From Carcharhinus amblyrhynchos (lineage: Eukaryota): DNA of 64,000 bases. Position numbers and translations under genes: made by a program. The DNA lies in NCBI GenBank assembly GCA_965287045.1, contig OZ336874.1, positions 85,870,001 through 85,934,000 of the forward strand, written 5' to 3'. This document shows positions 10,111-21,600 of the stretch, one piece after another. Each line of letters opens with the position of its first letter. The first letter of the stretch is position 1. The notes beneath the pieces are model-generated. The model did not search any database and was not told where the DNA came from. It saw nothing but the letters and a program-made list of their open reading frames with translations.

Positions 10111-12950
10111 TCAGTTCCACTTTCCCGCCCTCTCCCCATAACCCTTAATTCCCTTGTCTATCAGAAATCTATCTACCCGTGACTTAAATATATTCAACGA
10201 GGTAGCCTCCACCACTTCAATGGGCAGAGAATTCCAGAGATTCACCACCCTTTGAGTGAAGAAGTTCCTCCTCAACTCCGTTCTAAAGTGCCCCCCACCG
10301 TCCCTTATTTTGAGACTGTGCCCTCTAGTTCTGTTTTCCTTTCTAAGCGAGAAGAATCTCTCTACCTCTACCCCATCTAGCCCCTTCATTATCTTATATG
10401 TCTCTATAAGATACCCCCTCAGCTTTCTAAACTCTAACGAGTACAGACCCAATCTATTCAATCTCTCCTCATTAGCTAACCCCCTCATCTCTGGTATCAG
10501 CCTGATGAACCTTCTCTGTACTCCCTCCAAGGCCAATATATTGTTTCGCAACAAGGGGACCAAAACTGCACACTGTACTCCAGTTGCGGCCTCACCAGTG
10601 CCCTGTACAGTTGCAGCAAGACCTCCCTGCTTTTATATTCTATCCCCCTCGCTATAAAGGCCAACATTCCATTCGCCTTCTTGATCACCTGCTGCACCTG
10701 CAGATTGAGTTTTTGTGATTCGTGCACAAGGACCCCCAGGTCCCTCTGCACTGCCGCATGCTGCAGCTTTTCACCATTTAAATAATAATCCCTCCTACTA
10801 TTATTTCTCCCAAAGTGGATAACCTCACATTTGCTAACGTTTATACTCCATCTGGAAGGTCCTCACCCACTCATTCAGCCTGTCCAGGTCTCTCTGCACA
10901 CTTTCCGCTCCCTCCACGCAATCCGCTTTTCCACTCATCTTCGTGTCATCAGCAAATTTTGTTACCCTACACTCAGCCCCCTCCTCCAGATCGTCTATGT
11001 AAATGGTAAACAGTTGAGGCCCCAGAACCAATCCCTGTGGCACACCACTAGTCACCAACTGCCAAGCAGAAAAGCACCCATTGATTCCAACTCTTTGCTT
11101 CCTGTTAGATAACCAATCCTTAATCCACGCTAATACCTTACCCCCAACTCCGTGTACCCTAACCTTCTGCAGCAACTTTTTGTGAGGCACCTTACTGAAT
11201 GCCTTCTGGAAATCTAAAAACACTGCATCCACCGGTTCCCCTCTGTCTACCACACTAGTCACATCCTCATAGAAACCCAATAAATTTGTTAAACATGACT
11301 TCCCCTTCACGAGTCCGTGCTGTGCCTGCTTGATCAAACCGTTCTCTTCAAGGTGTCTTGCTATTTCTTCTTTGATGATGGATTCTAGCATTTTTCCAAC
11401 TACGGACGTTAAGCTAACCGGCCTATAACTCCCTGCCTTTTGTCTGCTACCTTTTTTAAACAGCGGCGTAACATTAGCTGTTTTCCAATTCTCCGGCACT
11501 TCCCCAGAGTCCAGCGAATTTTGATAAATAATTACTAAGGCATCCGCTATTACTTCTGCCATTTCTTTCAGAACCCTGGGATGCATTCCATCCGGTCCCA
11601 GGGGCTTGTCTACCTTCAGTCTCGTTAGTCTACCAAGCACTGCCTCTCTTGTGACAGTAATTGTATTAAGGACCTCATCTCCTACCATCCCTCTATCTTT
11701 AATATTCGGTAAGCTATTTGTATCCTCCTCCATGAAGAGCGACACAAAAAACTTATATAAAGCCTCAGCCATTTCCTTGTTACTCACTGCTAAATACCCC
11801 CCTCTTGTCCTCCAAGGGTCCAACATTCACTCTAGCCAGTCTCTTCTTCTTTATATATTTGTAAAAACTTTTACTATCATTTTTTATACTTAGAGCTAGT
11901 TTAGCTTCATACTCTATCTTTCCTTTCTTTATCGCTTCCTTAGTCATTCTTTGTTGTTTTTTAAATCTTTCCCAATCTTCTAATTCCCCACTATTTTTAG
12001 CCGCTCTGTACGCATCGGCTTTTAATTTAATACTCTCCTTTATTTCCTTCGATATCCACGGCTGGTTATCCCTTTTCTCACAGTCCTTCTTTACCATTGG
12101 AATATATTTCTGCTGAATACCAAAAAAGATCTCCTTAAAAATCCTCCATTGTTCATCAGCTGTCCTACCAACCAACCTGTGCCCCCAATCTACATTCGCC
12201 AATTCCGCCCTCATCTTATCATACTCCCTTCTGTTCAAACAGAGGACACTGGTTTGGGACCCTACTATCTTATCCTCCATCTGCATCAAAAATTCAACCA
12301 TACTATGATCACTCGTCCCAAGAGGATCCCTCACAAGAAGATCCCTAATTCTACCTGCCTCATTACACAGTACCAGATCTAAGATAACTCGCTCCCTCAT
12401 AGGTTCCATTACATACTGTTCAAGGAAACTATCCCGACAGCATTCCAAGAACTCTTCCTCATGCCCACCGTGTCCGACTTGAGTCAACCAATCAATACGC
12501 AGATTAAAATCCCCCATAATTATCGCTGTTCCGTTTCTGCACAACTCAATTATTTGTTTGTTTAAAGCTCACCCCACCTCAAAATTATTATTTGGGGGCC
12601 TATAGACCACACCCACCAGTGACTTTCTCGCCTTACTATTCCTTATCTCCACCCACAACGATTCCACGTTTTGCTCTTTGGAGCCTATATCTTCTCTTAC
12701 TACCGCCCTGATATTATCCTTTATTAACAGAGCTACCCCACCTCCTTTTTCCTCCTGTCTATCCTTCCTAAACGCCTGATACCCCTGGATATTCAGTTCC
12801 CAGTCCCAGTCACCCTGCAACCACGTTTCCGCAAAGGCCACTAGACCATACCCATTTGTGCTGATTTGTGCCATCAGCTCGTTCACTTTGTTTCGAATGC
12901 TTCGTGCATTCAGGTAAAGTGTCTTTATACCAGCCTTTATCTGGACCTTA
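10111..12950 (-). pseudogene. CR1 ORF2 (APE endonuclease plus reverse transcriptase), broken into about 5 frames
   Basis: ORFs 12569-12886, 11780-12544, 10834-11826, 10497-10751 and 10111-10563 are consecutive ORF2 pieces. Confidence 0.92.
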
Positions 12951-13160
12951 TTTGTAGAAACGCTACTAACCTCCCTTGTGCTCCCCTACTCCTTTAATTA
13001 GTGGACCATCCTTAATATTAACCTGCTCACGTACTCTCTCCTTTACTTTAGATTTTGTAATTCCCCATACCCCTGCACCCTCCCCCCCCCACTAATTAGT
13101 TTAAAGCCCTATCTACAGTCCTAGTTATACGATTCACCAGGACTCTGGTCCTGGCACGAT

Positions 13161-13643
13161 TCAGACGGAGACCATCCCATCTGAACAGGTCCCATCTGCC
13201 CAATACTGGTGCCAATGCCCCATAAATTCAAACTCATTCCTCCTACACCAATCCTTGAGCCACGCATTCACCTCCTTAATCCTATTTATCCTGCGCCAAT
13301 TTGCACGTGGTTCAGGTAGTAATCCAGAGATAACCACCTTGTTGGTTCTGCTTTTTAGTTTGGTTCCTAGCTTTTCATACTCCCTCTGCAGATCCTTAGT
13401 TCCTACTTTGCCTATGTCATTGGTACCTACATGAACCACGACAACTGGATTCTCACCCTCCCACTCCAGGTTCCTCTGCAGCCCAGATGAGACATTCTGG
13501 ACCCGAGCACCAGGCAGGCGACACACCCTTCGGTATTCTTTATCTTTGTCACAAAGGACAGTGTCGATGCCCCTAACTGCACTATCCCCAATAACCACTA
13601 CATTTCTCTTTACATCTTCCGCTTTGACCTCTCCCTGTACCAC
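13161..13643 (-). pseudogene. CR1 ORF1 SGNH/GDSL-type esterase domain
   Basis: 'VVIGDSAVRG', 'PGARVQ' and 'VVHVGTND' blocks, typical of CR1 ORF1 esterases. Confidence 0.85.
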
Positions 13644-14159
13644 TGTACCGTAGCAGTTTGCTCATCCACCTTGCAGTCCTCGTTCTTGTCTACACTGGGA
13701 GCAGGAATCTCAAACCTGTTGTGCAGATTCAGGGGCTGAGGCTTTTGGGTCTCCCCCCACTCCCCTCCCTCCTCCTCGCACTTCGCTCCTTCCTCCCCCC
13801 ACTCCCCTCCTTTGGATAAAGAGCAGCTGTATCCCTTAGTTGAAGGGTCAGTCACAAGGGGACATAGTTTCAAGGTGACGGACAAAGGGTTTAGGGGGGA
13901 TGTGAGGAAAAACTTTTTTACTAGAGGATGGTGGCGGTCTGGAATGTGCTGCCTGGGAGAGTGGTAGAGAGGTGGGTTGCCTCACATCCTTTAAAAATAC
14001 CTGGATGAGCACTTGGCACATCAAAACAGTCAGGGCTATTGACCAAATGCTGACAGATGGAATTAGGTGGGAGTTTGGGTGTTGGCGTGGACTCAATCGG
14101 CCTCTTCTGCACTGTATATTTCTATGATTCTATGATTCTATTTTTGTAATTCCTTTCCT

Positions 14160-14493
14160 GTCCCCAGGATGTTGCAAATGGTTTACAGCCAATTAATTAC
14201 TTATTTTGAAGCAACTACAACAGCCTTGCATACAGCAAAGCTGAAATGAGATCAATGACCAGCTAATCTTATCAGTGTTGGTTGAGTGGAAAATATGACA
14301 GGAAACATTTGAAGTCCACCTGAGCAGATGAATAAGACCTAAATTTAACATCTACCCAAAAGACAGCAACTATGGCAATATAGCTCAGCCTCATACAACA
14401 CTGAAGTCTCATCCCAAATTATACATTTATGTCCTGTAAAGAGTTTGAACTGACAACCTTCCGATTTTGATGCAAGAATGCTACTGCTGAGCC
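14160..14493 (-). mobile_element. tRNA-derived Deu-domain SINE (SacSINE1-like), decayed
   Basis: Minus-strand head GGCTCAGCAGTAGC...GTTCAAAC, and a Deu-like CTGTCTTTTGGGTAGATGTTAAA core. Confidence 0.6.
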
Positions 14494-14749
14494 CCAATTA
14501 TAGGAAAGCAACTCAATCTGTGAGGAGCAAAGGATGAAAATATGCCTTTTGGCACACACTCACTTTTAAAATTTGTTGGACAAACGTTAAAGTAACTGCA
14601 CACCGGCAACATAAAGCAACCTTTGGAACTTGGGTATCATTGTGGTGAACAGTGACACTGCTGGTCAGCCAGAGAACTATCAAGGGCAAAGAGGTTCAAA
14701 GTTGGTCCTCTGTTAAGTCACTGGTTGGCTAATGTGTTTTTATAAACAG

Positions 14750-14811
14750 AGCAGCATATTGCAAAGAAACAATGAAGGACAGAAAAGCATATAAACTGCC
14801 GGAAAAAAATG
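14750..14811 (+). CDS. Candidate exon (AAYCKETMKDRKAYKLPEKN)
   Basis: GGCTAAT branch-like site, TTTTTATAAACAG acceptor, ATG|GTAAGG donor. Only one frame is open. Confidence 0.3.
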
Positions 14812-15399
14812 GTAAGGGAAACAATAAGAGTTCAAAATAGGCAACAGAGGAACTGCTATCATTCAAAACATTTAAGATTACAGCTGAATAAAATAAATCT
14901 TCCAAACTCTGTGACCGGCATTTCATTCCCATTTACATTTTGTTTACTTTTTCTTCTCATCACATCTTGCTGCACAGGCTGTTAGCATGCTGCAGAACAA
15001 TTAGCCTTGGGCATCCAAGCACTTCTAAATAGCTGCACATTAAAAACATTTGTATTCACTGGATAATAATTTTCATTTCAGTTTAAACTTCTCAATCTGG
15101 GGAAAGGCAATTTAAGATTTTGCTGCGGTATCCTTTCATTTGGAGCCTTCTTCTGTTGAATGTAAGGACTGGAGGTGGAAGAGAATCAACAACTGCTTGA
15201 TATTTGGTTTTCACAATGTTTCTGTAATAGAGATCAGGCGGTTGCTGCTTCATGTGTAGCTTTATATTTCGGGTCAGAATTTGTCTGAGAGAAAACAGAT
15301 TGTTTCTTTTAGTTGTAATTTGTGTAACATTGAGAGACTGCCAAAGGGAGGGGAGTCACATGTGTTCTTTGAGGTGAAGGTTGGAACAGCTATAAGCCA

Positions 15400-15730
15400 T
15401 AAGATCATAACATATCGGAGCAGAATTTGGCCATTCGGCCCATTGATTCTGCTCTGCCAATCAATCATGGCTGAAAAGTCCTCAACCCTATTCTCCTGCC
15501 TTTTTCCCATAACCTTTGATCTCCTTACTAATCAAGAACCTAACTATCGCTGTCTTAAATACGTTCAATACCCTGGCCTCCACAACCTTCTGGGGCAATG
15601 AATTCCACAAATTCACCACCCGCTGGCTGAAGAAATTCCTCCTCGTCTCGGTTTGAAAGGGTCTCCCTTTATTCTGAGGCTGTGCCCTTGGAACCTAATC
15701 TCTCCTAGGAACATCTTCCCCACGTCCAAA
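15400..15730 (-). mobile_element. CR1 3' fragment
   Basis: CR1 3' UTR plus 'RNFFSQRVVNLWNSLP' on the minus strand. Confidence 0.8.
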
Positions 15731-15879
15731 GAAGAGTGGAGCCTTACATAGGGGAATGAAGATTGAGGGAACAGATCCAGATAGAAATTAATACTGAATA
15801 AAATGGAAATAAAGAGACAGAACTGGGGACAAACAGATATTGTGGTTCATGCTTGAGAGTAATTATATTCATCCCTTTA

Positions 15880-16660
15880 ATTAGAAATACAATGGATTGT
15901 ATGCAAAGAATGGTTCAAGTCAAATTGGGGAACAATGCATTGATGTAATACTGCATGCCATTAGATATTAAATCATGGGAGAAAAAATCCCAAAACCAAA
16001 CAATCTTGCAGTTACAATACAGCCAAAATATTACCTAGAATGCAATTGGTGAGAGATGTTGATTCCATCAGAAGTATTATGTTCAGTTTTGGATGTTTCT
16101 TTCGGGTGGGATGTATTGGCCTTCAAGAGATTATTATGCAGATTCACCAGGATGATACTGGGGCTTAAACCTTGCCTGCGGCTGGGATTCTCTGGTCTCG
16201 CTGCAGTGAATGCAGATTTGGCTTGTGCCAAATTTTCTGTTCTCGCTGGCACCAGTGGCAAGGCTTATGAGACCAGAGAATTCCGGCAGAGAAATGTGAA
16301 TTGTATTCCCTTGAAATTTGAAGGGTGAGGGGAGACTTAATCACGGTCTTTAAAATGATAAAGGGACTTGAGAGGAGCTGATACAGAGAAATCATTTCCT
16401 CTGTAGGGGAATACCAGGATAAAGAGCCATAGACTATGACTAAGATCAGGAAAGTCTTCTTCGTACAAAGCGGAGCGGAAATCTGAAATCCTCGTTTTCA
16501 AAAGGATGTGGATGCTGGGTCAGTTCAGTTATCAAGACTGGGATAGATAGTTTTTGTTAGTGAATGTTAGTTAAAAAATGATCAGGAACAAAAACAGTTG
16601 AAGTACAGATCAGCTATGATCTGACACAATAGCAGTTCATGCTCAAGTGACATTCCTGTT
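15880..16660 (+). mobile_element. Old CR1 RT/3' fragments interrupted by a small MITE
   Basis: Degenerate 'CVQFW', 'RRFTRMI', 'GDLI' and 3' UTR similarity. Confidence 0.6.
16181..16287. mobile_element. 107-bp MITE with 19-bp TIRs
   Basis: GCTGGGATTCTCTGGTCTC ... GAGACCAGAGAATTCCGGC (17/19 complementary). Confidence 0.75.
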
Positions 16661-16799
16661 GATACAGTATTCCTCATGTCAACTCAAATGATTCAGGAAG
16701 AGAGTTCTCACTGTAGTGGAAGAATCTATTGGTTGCTATATAATTATGAACTGGCATCCCTGTAAGCTGCTTTGAAGTCATATTCCAACGATTCATATT

Positions 16800-16975
16800 A
16801 TGTCATTCAGTCTTTCTTCCACCCATCAAAGATTTTTTTTTGGCCTTGTCTCATCTACCCTCTGTTGAAATCCCAGTTCTGATGCAAGGTCATTGACCTG
16901 GAATGTTGACTCTGGTTCGCTCACCACAGATACTATGTGACCTGCTGAGTATTTTCAGCATCCTCTCTTTTTATG
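16800..16975 (+). repeat. Penelope-associated terminal repeat with degenerate hammerhead core
   Basis: TTCTGATGCA-AGGTC-ATT-GACCT-GGAATGTT followed by CCACAGATACT...GACCTGCTGAGTATTTTCAGCAT. Confidence 0.6.
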
Positions 16976-17094
16976 TCACTCCTACACACCAGAAAAGCTA
17001 CCTAAAGAAACCCCTTCAAAGCTTTTAAATCTCAAATGGTTACTCCCTTCTAAAAACAAACTTCCATTCAAACTCTACATCAAACTTCATTCCG

Positions 17095-17685
17095 CAGTTG
17101 AGAGGGTTGACTTAAGAGGACAGATTGAGTAGACTGGGACTATATTCATTGGAATTAAGAAGAATGAGGGGGGATCTTATAGAAACATATAAAATGATGA
17201 AGGGAATAGATAAGATAGAAGCAGGTAGATTGTTTCCACTGGCAGGTGAAACTAGAACTAGGGGATATAGTTTCAAAATAAGGGGGAGCAGATTTAGGAC
17301 TGAGTTGAGGAAGAACTTCTTACATAGAAACATAGAAAATAGGAGCAGGAGGAGGCCATTTTGCCTTTTGAGCCTGCTCCGCCATTCATGCTGGTCATGA
17401 CTGATCATCCAACTCAATAGCCTAATCCTGCTTTCTCCCCATTCTTCATCCAAAGGCTTGTGAATCTGTGGAATTCCCTGCCCAGTGAAGCAGTTGAGGC
17501 TACCTCTTTGAATATTTTTAAAGCAGAAACAGATTTTTGAGCAGCAAAGGAATCAAGGGTTCTGGTGAGCAGGCAGCTGAGACCATGAAAAGAACCACCA
17601 TGATCTTATTGAATGGCACAGTAGGCTCGAGGGGCCAAATGACCGACTCCTGCTCCTAGTTTTTATGCTTTTATGTTCTTATGCT
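17095..17685 (+). mobile_element. CR1 3' fragment with a nested antisense CR1 tail (17323-17442)
   Basis: 'RLGLYSLELRRMRGDLIETYK'. The insert is flanked by TTCTT and the host resumes afterwards. Confidence 0.85.
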
Positions 17686-17689
17686 TTAC

Positions 17690-18620
17690 CAAGAGCCAAT
17701 GTCAGTCAAGGAGCACAGGAGTGACAAGGAACGGAACTTGTTAAGCATGAAGATGGGGCAGTAGAGTTTTGGATGACCTTAAATTTATGAAGAATAGAAT
17801 GTGGGAGACCAGCCAGGATGAGTTGGGATAGTCAACCTTGGAGGTAACAAAGGCATGATGAGTGTTTCAACAGCAGATGACTAAGACAGGAGACAAGTTA
17901 AGTGCTCTCATGAGGATGGAAGTAGGTGATTTTAGTGATAGCATGTACGAGGTTCCATCGGGATCAAATGTGATAGCAAAATTGTAAAAAGACTGGCTTA
18001 ATCTCAGACTGTTGCGAGGGAGAGGGATGTGGTCAGTAAGTAGGGAATGGAGTTTGGAAAGGAGATCAAAAACAATGGCTTCAGTCTTCCCAATATTTGA
18101 TTGGAGGAAATTTCTGCTCATCCAGTACTGGATGTTGAATAAGCACTCTGATATTTTAGCAACACTGGAGCAGTTGAAAGAGGTGGTTGCGTGGTTGAGC
18201 TGGATATCATCCGCATACAGGTGAAAACCAGCACTGTACTTTCGGATGATGGGCAGGATGTAATGGCCTAGCTCGTTCTGAACCAGTAGAATTCTGCTCA
18301 AGATCAACAGACCTCTCCATGGTCCGTCCCTCACCCCCCTCCAATTCCCATGGAGGGCAGGGCTGCAAAAATCAAGCCTATGTCCCTAACTGGCAGCATG
18401 TAGATGAGAATTATAAGGGGGGCCAAGGGAGACCCAATAGTGCAGGTGCAGGAAGAGAAAACCAATGTAAATCATTTCCTGGACACTGTTACATAGATAG
18501 GAATGGAACCACGTGAGTGGAATCCTACCCATCTGGACAATAGTGGTGAGGCATTGGGGAAAGATAGTGTGGTCAACCACGCCAAAGTCTGCAAAAAGAT
18601 CAGAAAGATAAGGAGGGATA
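17690..18620 (-). mobile_element. L2-clade LINE RT fragment, with a small MITE at about 18262-18378
   Basis: ORF 17867-18334 'IIRKYSAGFHLYADDIQL...WMSRNFLQSNIGKTEAIVF' and 'VDHTI...WFHSYL'. Confidence 0.85.
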
Positions 18621-21600
18621 GTTTTTGTCACTGTTTCATTGGATGTCCATTTATGGCCCATTGACCACAATAGAACGTTTCTATCGTGCATCTGTTCAGT
18701 TTCATTTTAGTAAATTCCAGAAAATGATACAAAGACAAAGGGAAACGGTGGTGCCTGGGTGGGTGAACTTGCTCACCAGATGGACTCTTCTTCACAGCAA
18801 GCATAATCAAGTGCATAAAAATTTATAATTTCTAAATAAAATTATGTTTTGGGTACTTATCTTACTATTTTTAGTTTAATATTGCTGTAATAAAGCTGCT
18901 CCCAATATTTGAGTCACTCTATTATTACAAAATTTATGTTACCTTCAGAATGAGAAAAATTACAAAGGAGCTAACCCTGGGAGAAATTCACTTTCCTGGA
19001 TTCTAAGAGTTAAATTTCAGGGTATTGTCTGCTGGAATGGGTATGGAAACAGGATGACTTTCAGAATGATATTTCAGAATTGAGAGGAAGTCAATCCCTA
19101 TGCTTGACATTTTCCTTGGCAACTGTTATGCAAGTATTAACACCAAACTGTATTCAACTTACCTGAAGGAAAACGTGTATTGAACAAATCATGGTTAGTT
19201 TATGGTGAGTAGCTAAAATTGGCTACTTGTCCAAAATCTTCACACGATTAGTTGTGCTGAATTTTGACACAGGCAGAATAAGCAATACATTCATGCAATA
19301 AAATGGGTTCTGACCAACTATTTAAGAAAAAGGAGTCAGCCTATTATTCTTGATTTGGAGAATTTGAAGGTAAAGACTGGGTTGTTTTTCCACATTAGTT
19401 TATAAGGTCACCAGAATTGTCCTTTGACCAATTCAGACCTGGTAGTTAGCGGAACTACATTGGCACTAGCTGCACAATTGTGACACTTTTGTTGCTCAAA
19501 GTAGTCAGGTAAAGATTGCCACCTCATTAGCTAAAGGAGAAAATTCATTTTATTCTAACAATGTGATAAATTAAATTATTTTCTGAAGGCTTGCCTGAAA
19601 AATGCACCTAGCTATGGGACCAATCCATTTTAGAGTTTTACAGGATGAAAAAAGAGGCAATGATGAATCATGAGGATGTGCATTTATCACGGGTTTTAAG
19701 AGCCAGCATTGTACTGGAATAGGATGAAGCTGATTGTTAAAGGCTGCCCTATAAACCGAGGCAAATATACATCTTCATGTTCACAAGATGCTTTGCTCAG
19801 GCAGTAGCAGTGCAAACAATATTTTAGATATAACAGAAATATTGATTTTTTTTACTGCAGGTGATAGTTAAAGAAAGTGGCAATGTTTAGACCAGTTGTT
19901 GAAAAATGTTCAGTTGCTGACACAGGGAATTGATTTAAAGAGTTATATGAAAAGTCAATGTGGATGACATCAGCACACTGCATATAATGGATGATAATGG
20001 ATTGTGGGCATGATTTTATACCACTTGACATCACATTACGATACTTGCACTGAATAAATGTTAACCTATAATCTCTTTAGTAGAAATGGCATTGTTTATC
20101 TTCACTAACATTGAACACATTGATTTTTTTAATGAATGCTCAAACAATCTCTGCACCCCAGATTGATTGTTTGGATTTTCATTTTTATAGATTGTTTTCC
20201 ATCACGTTCAACTGTAAACTGAATCACAGACGTCTAGAAGCTCAGCCTGTGCATATTCCAATTTAATTTCAAATTCTTTCCATTTCCCATTTTGTCACTG
20301 AAACTGCTGTTTAGCTGACCTCTGCTCTGCTCCTTTGACCTTTGACTTGGAGAAATATGACCAGTCGCAGATCGAGGAGTAGCAAATTAATAGGAGTGCT
20401 GCATGTTAATTGCATAAGAGAATAGCAAAGAATTCATCACCTCAGTCATGGCCATTGCTTCCCTTTGACCCTTTCTCCCACAAGATTTTGCTTGTGGTCA
20501 CATCTGCTGCTTTTCCATGTTTGGCTACATAATTATTCAGAATCAAACCTTATTAATCAAGTTGATCCTGCATTTTAAATGGAAATTGCAGGATTAATAC
20601 TCACATCCATTTCATCCTCAAAATCTGGATGGATTTAGCATGGAATCCAATTGGAATACAAAAGAAGGATGTAGGGACCCAACTGAATTAGAAGCTCTGT
20701 ATTGGCCTGTGAATTGATATTCCATTGGGGTGTTTCGTTCTCGAAACAAAACAACTAATTTTCATACACAATCTTAACATTTTAGTCTCCTCCAACCGTA
20801 AAACTGTCGCTGCCAGTATCAAATTCTCTTTGTTAAAATGGTTTTGATATCTGTTGCCATTGTTAAATTGCGTCCATAGCAGCAGCTGGTCAGTTGTGAT
20901 TCTTGCTCATTCAGAACTATTAACATAATTTATAGCAAGTTTATTGCTGAAAAAGCAGTGGAACTGAAAAAGAGGCACTGTCTATAACAGACGACCAATT
21001 GACAATGGCTGTTTTACATCTGGACGGCAAGTTGAAAATCTTTCTTCTATGTTTATGTCTTCATTGTATTCAGTATTTAATTACCTGTTACGAAACACTA
21101 TGTTTTTGAATATTCTGGGATAGTTGGAGGTTTGCTTTTCCTATTCTGTGGTTTTCTTTAAACCTGCATTTAAAATGGCATTATGTAAAAAGAAGTACCA
21201 AAATTCAATTGCATCCATTTTCCCCACAAATTTGTGACAGACAGCCAAAGAAGGAAAGTCTGACCAAAACCATTTTGGGAGGTGTTATATGTGTTTATGT
21301 TGTGGCTTGCAAACTGTGCAATCCTGAAACTGGGAAGTGCTGTAAACTTGCAAAGAGAAGTATAAATGACACATAAAATGACCCTTTTACCCTTTGCACT
21401 TGATGCATGTAAAAACACACCTCTTGGCAACTTAGCCATAAAATGATAAAAAGGTTAGCACTCAAAAAAAAACATTTTATAGAACTAATAATCAAGTGAA
21501 GGACTAACTGCAGAGTTAGAATGCTCAGAGTTTTGTTACAATAGAACTACTTCCCAAACTATCTCTCTCTGAGAAACCTGAAATAATCTTTGTTGTATCT

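Larger units (their letters stand above)
10022..13800 (-). mobile_element. Near full-length CR1 (HER1-like) LINE with frameshifted ORF1 and ORF2
   Basis: ORF1 esterase, APE endonuclease (ETWL, GDFN, SDH), RT (PQG, FADD), C-terminal 'RNFFTQRVVNLWNSLP', 3' UTR with (TTCTTATG) tail. Confidence 0.95.
9330..14140 (+). mobile_element. 5'-truncated CR1 LINE split by a nested antisense CR1 (parts 9330-10021 and 13815-14140)
   Basis: RT 'SGLPQRSVLG...DDTKIG...KWQMEFNPEKC'. The sequence resumes at 13815 and ends in an (ATTCTATG)n tail. Confidence 0.85.
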
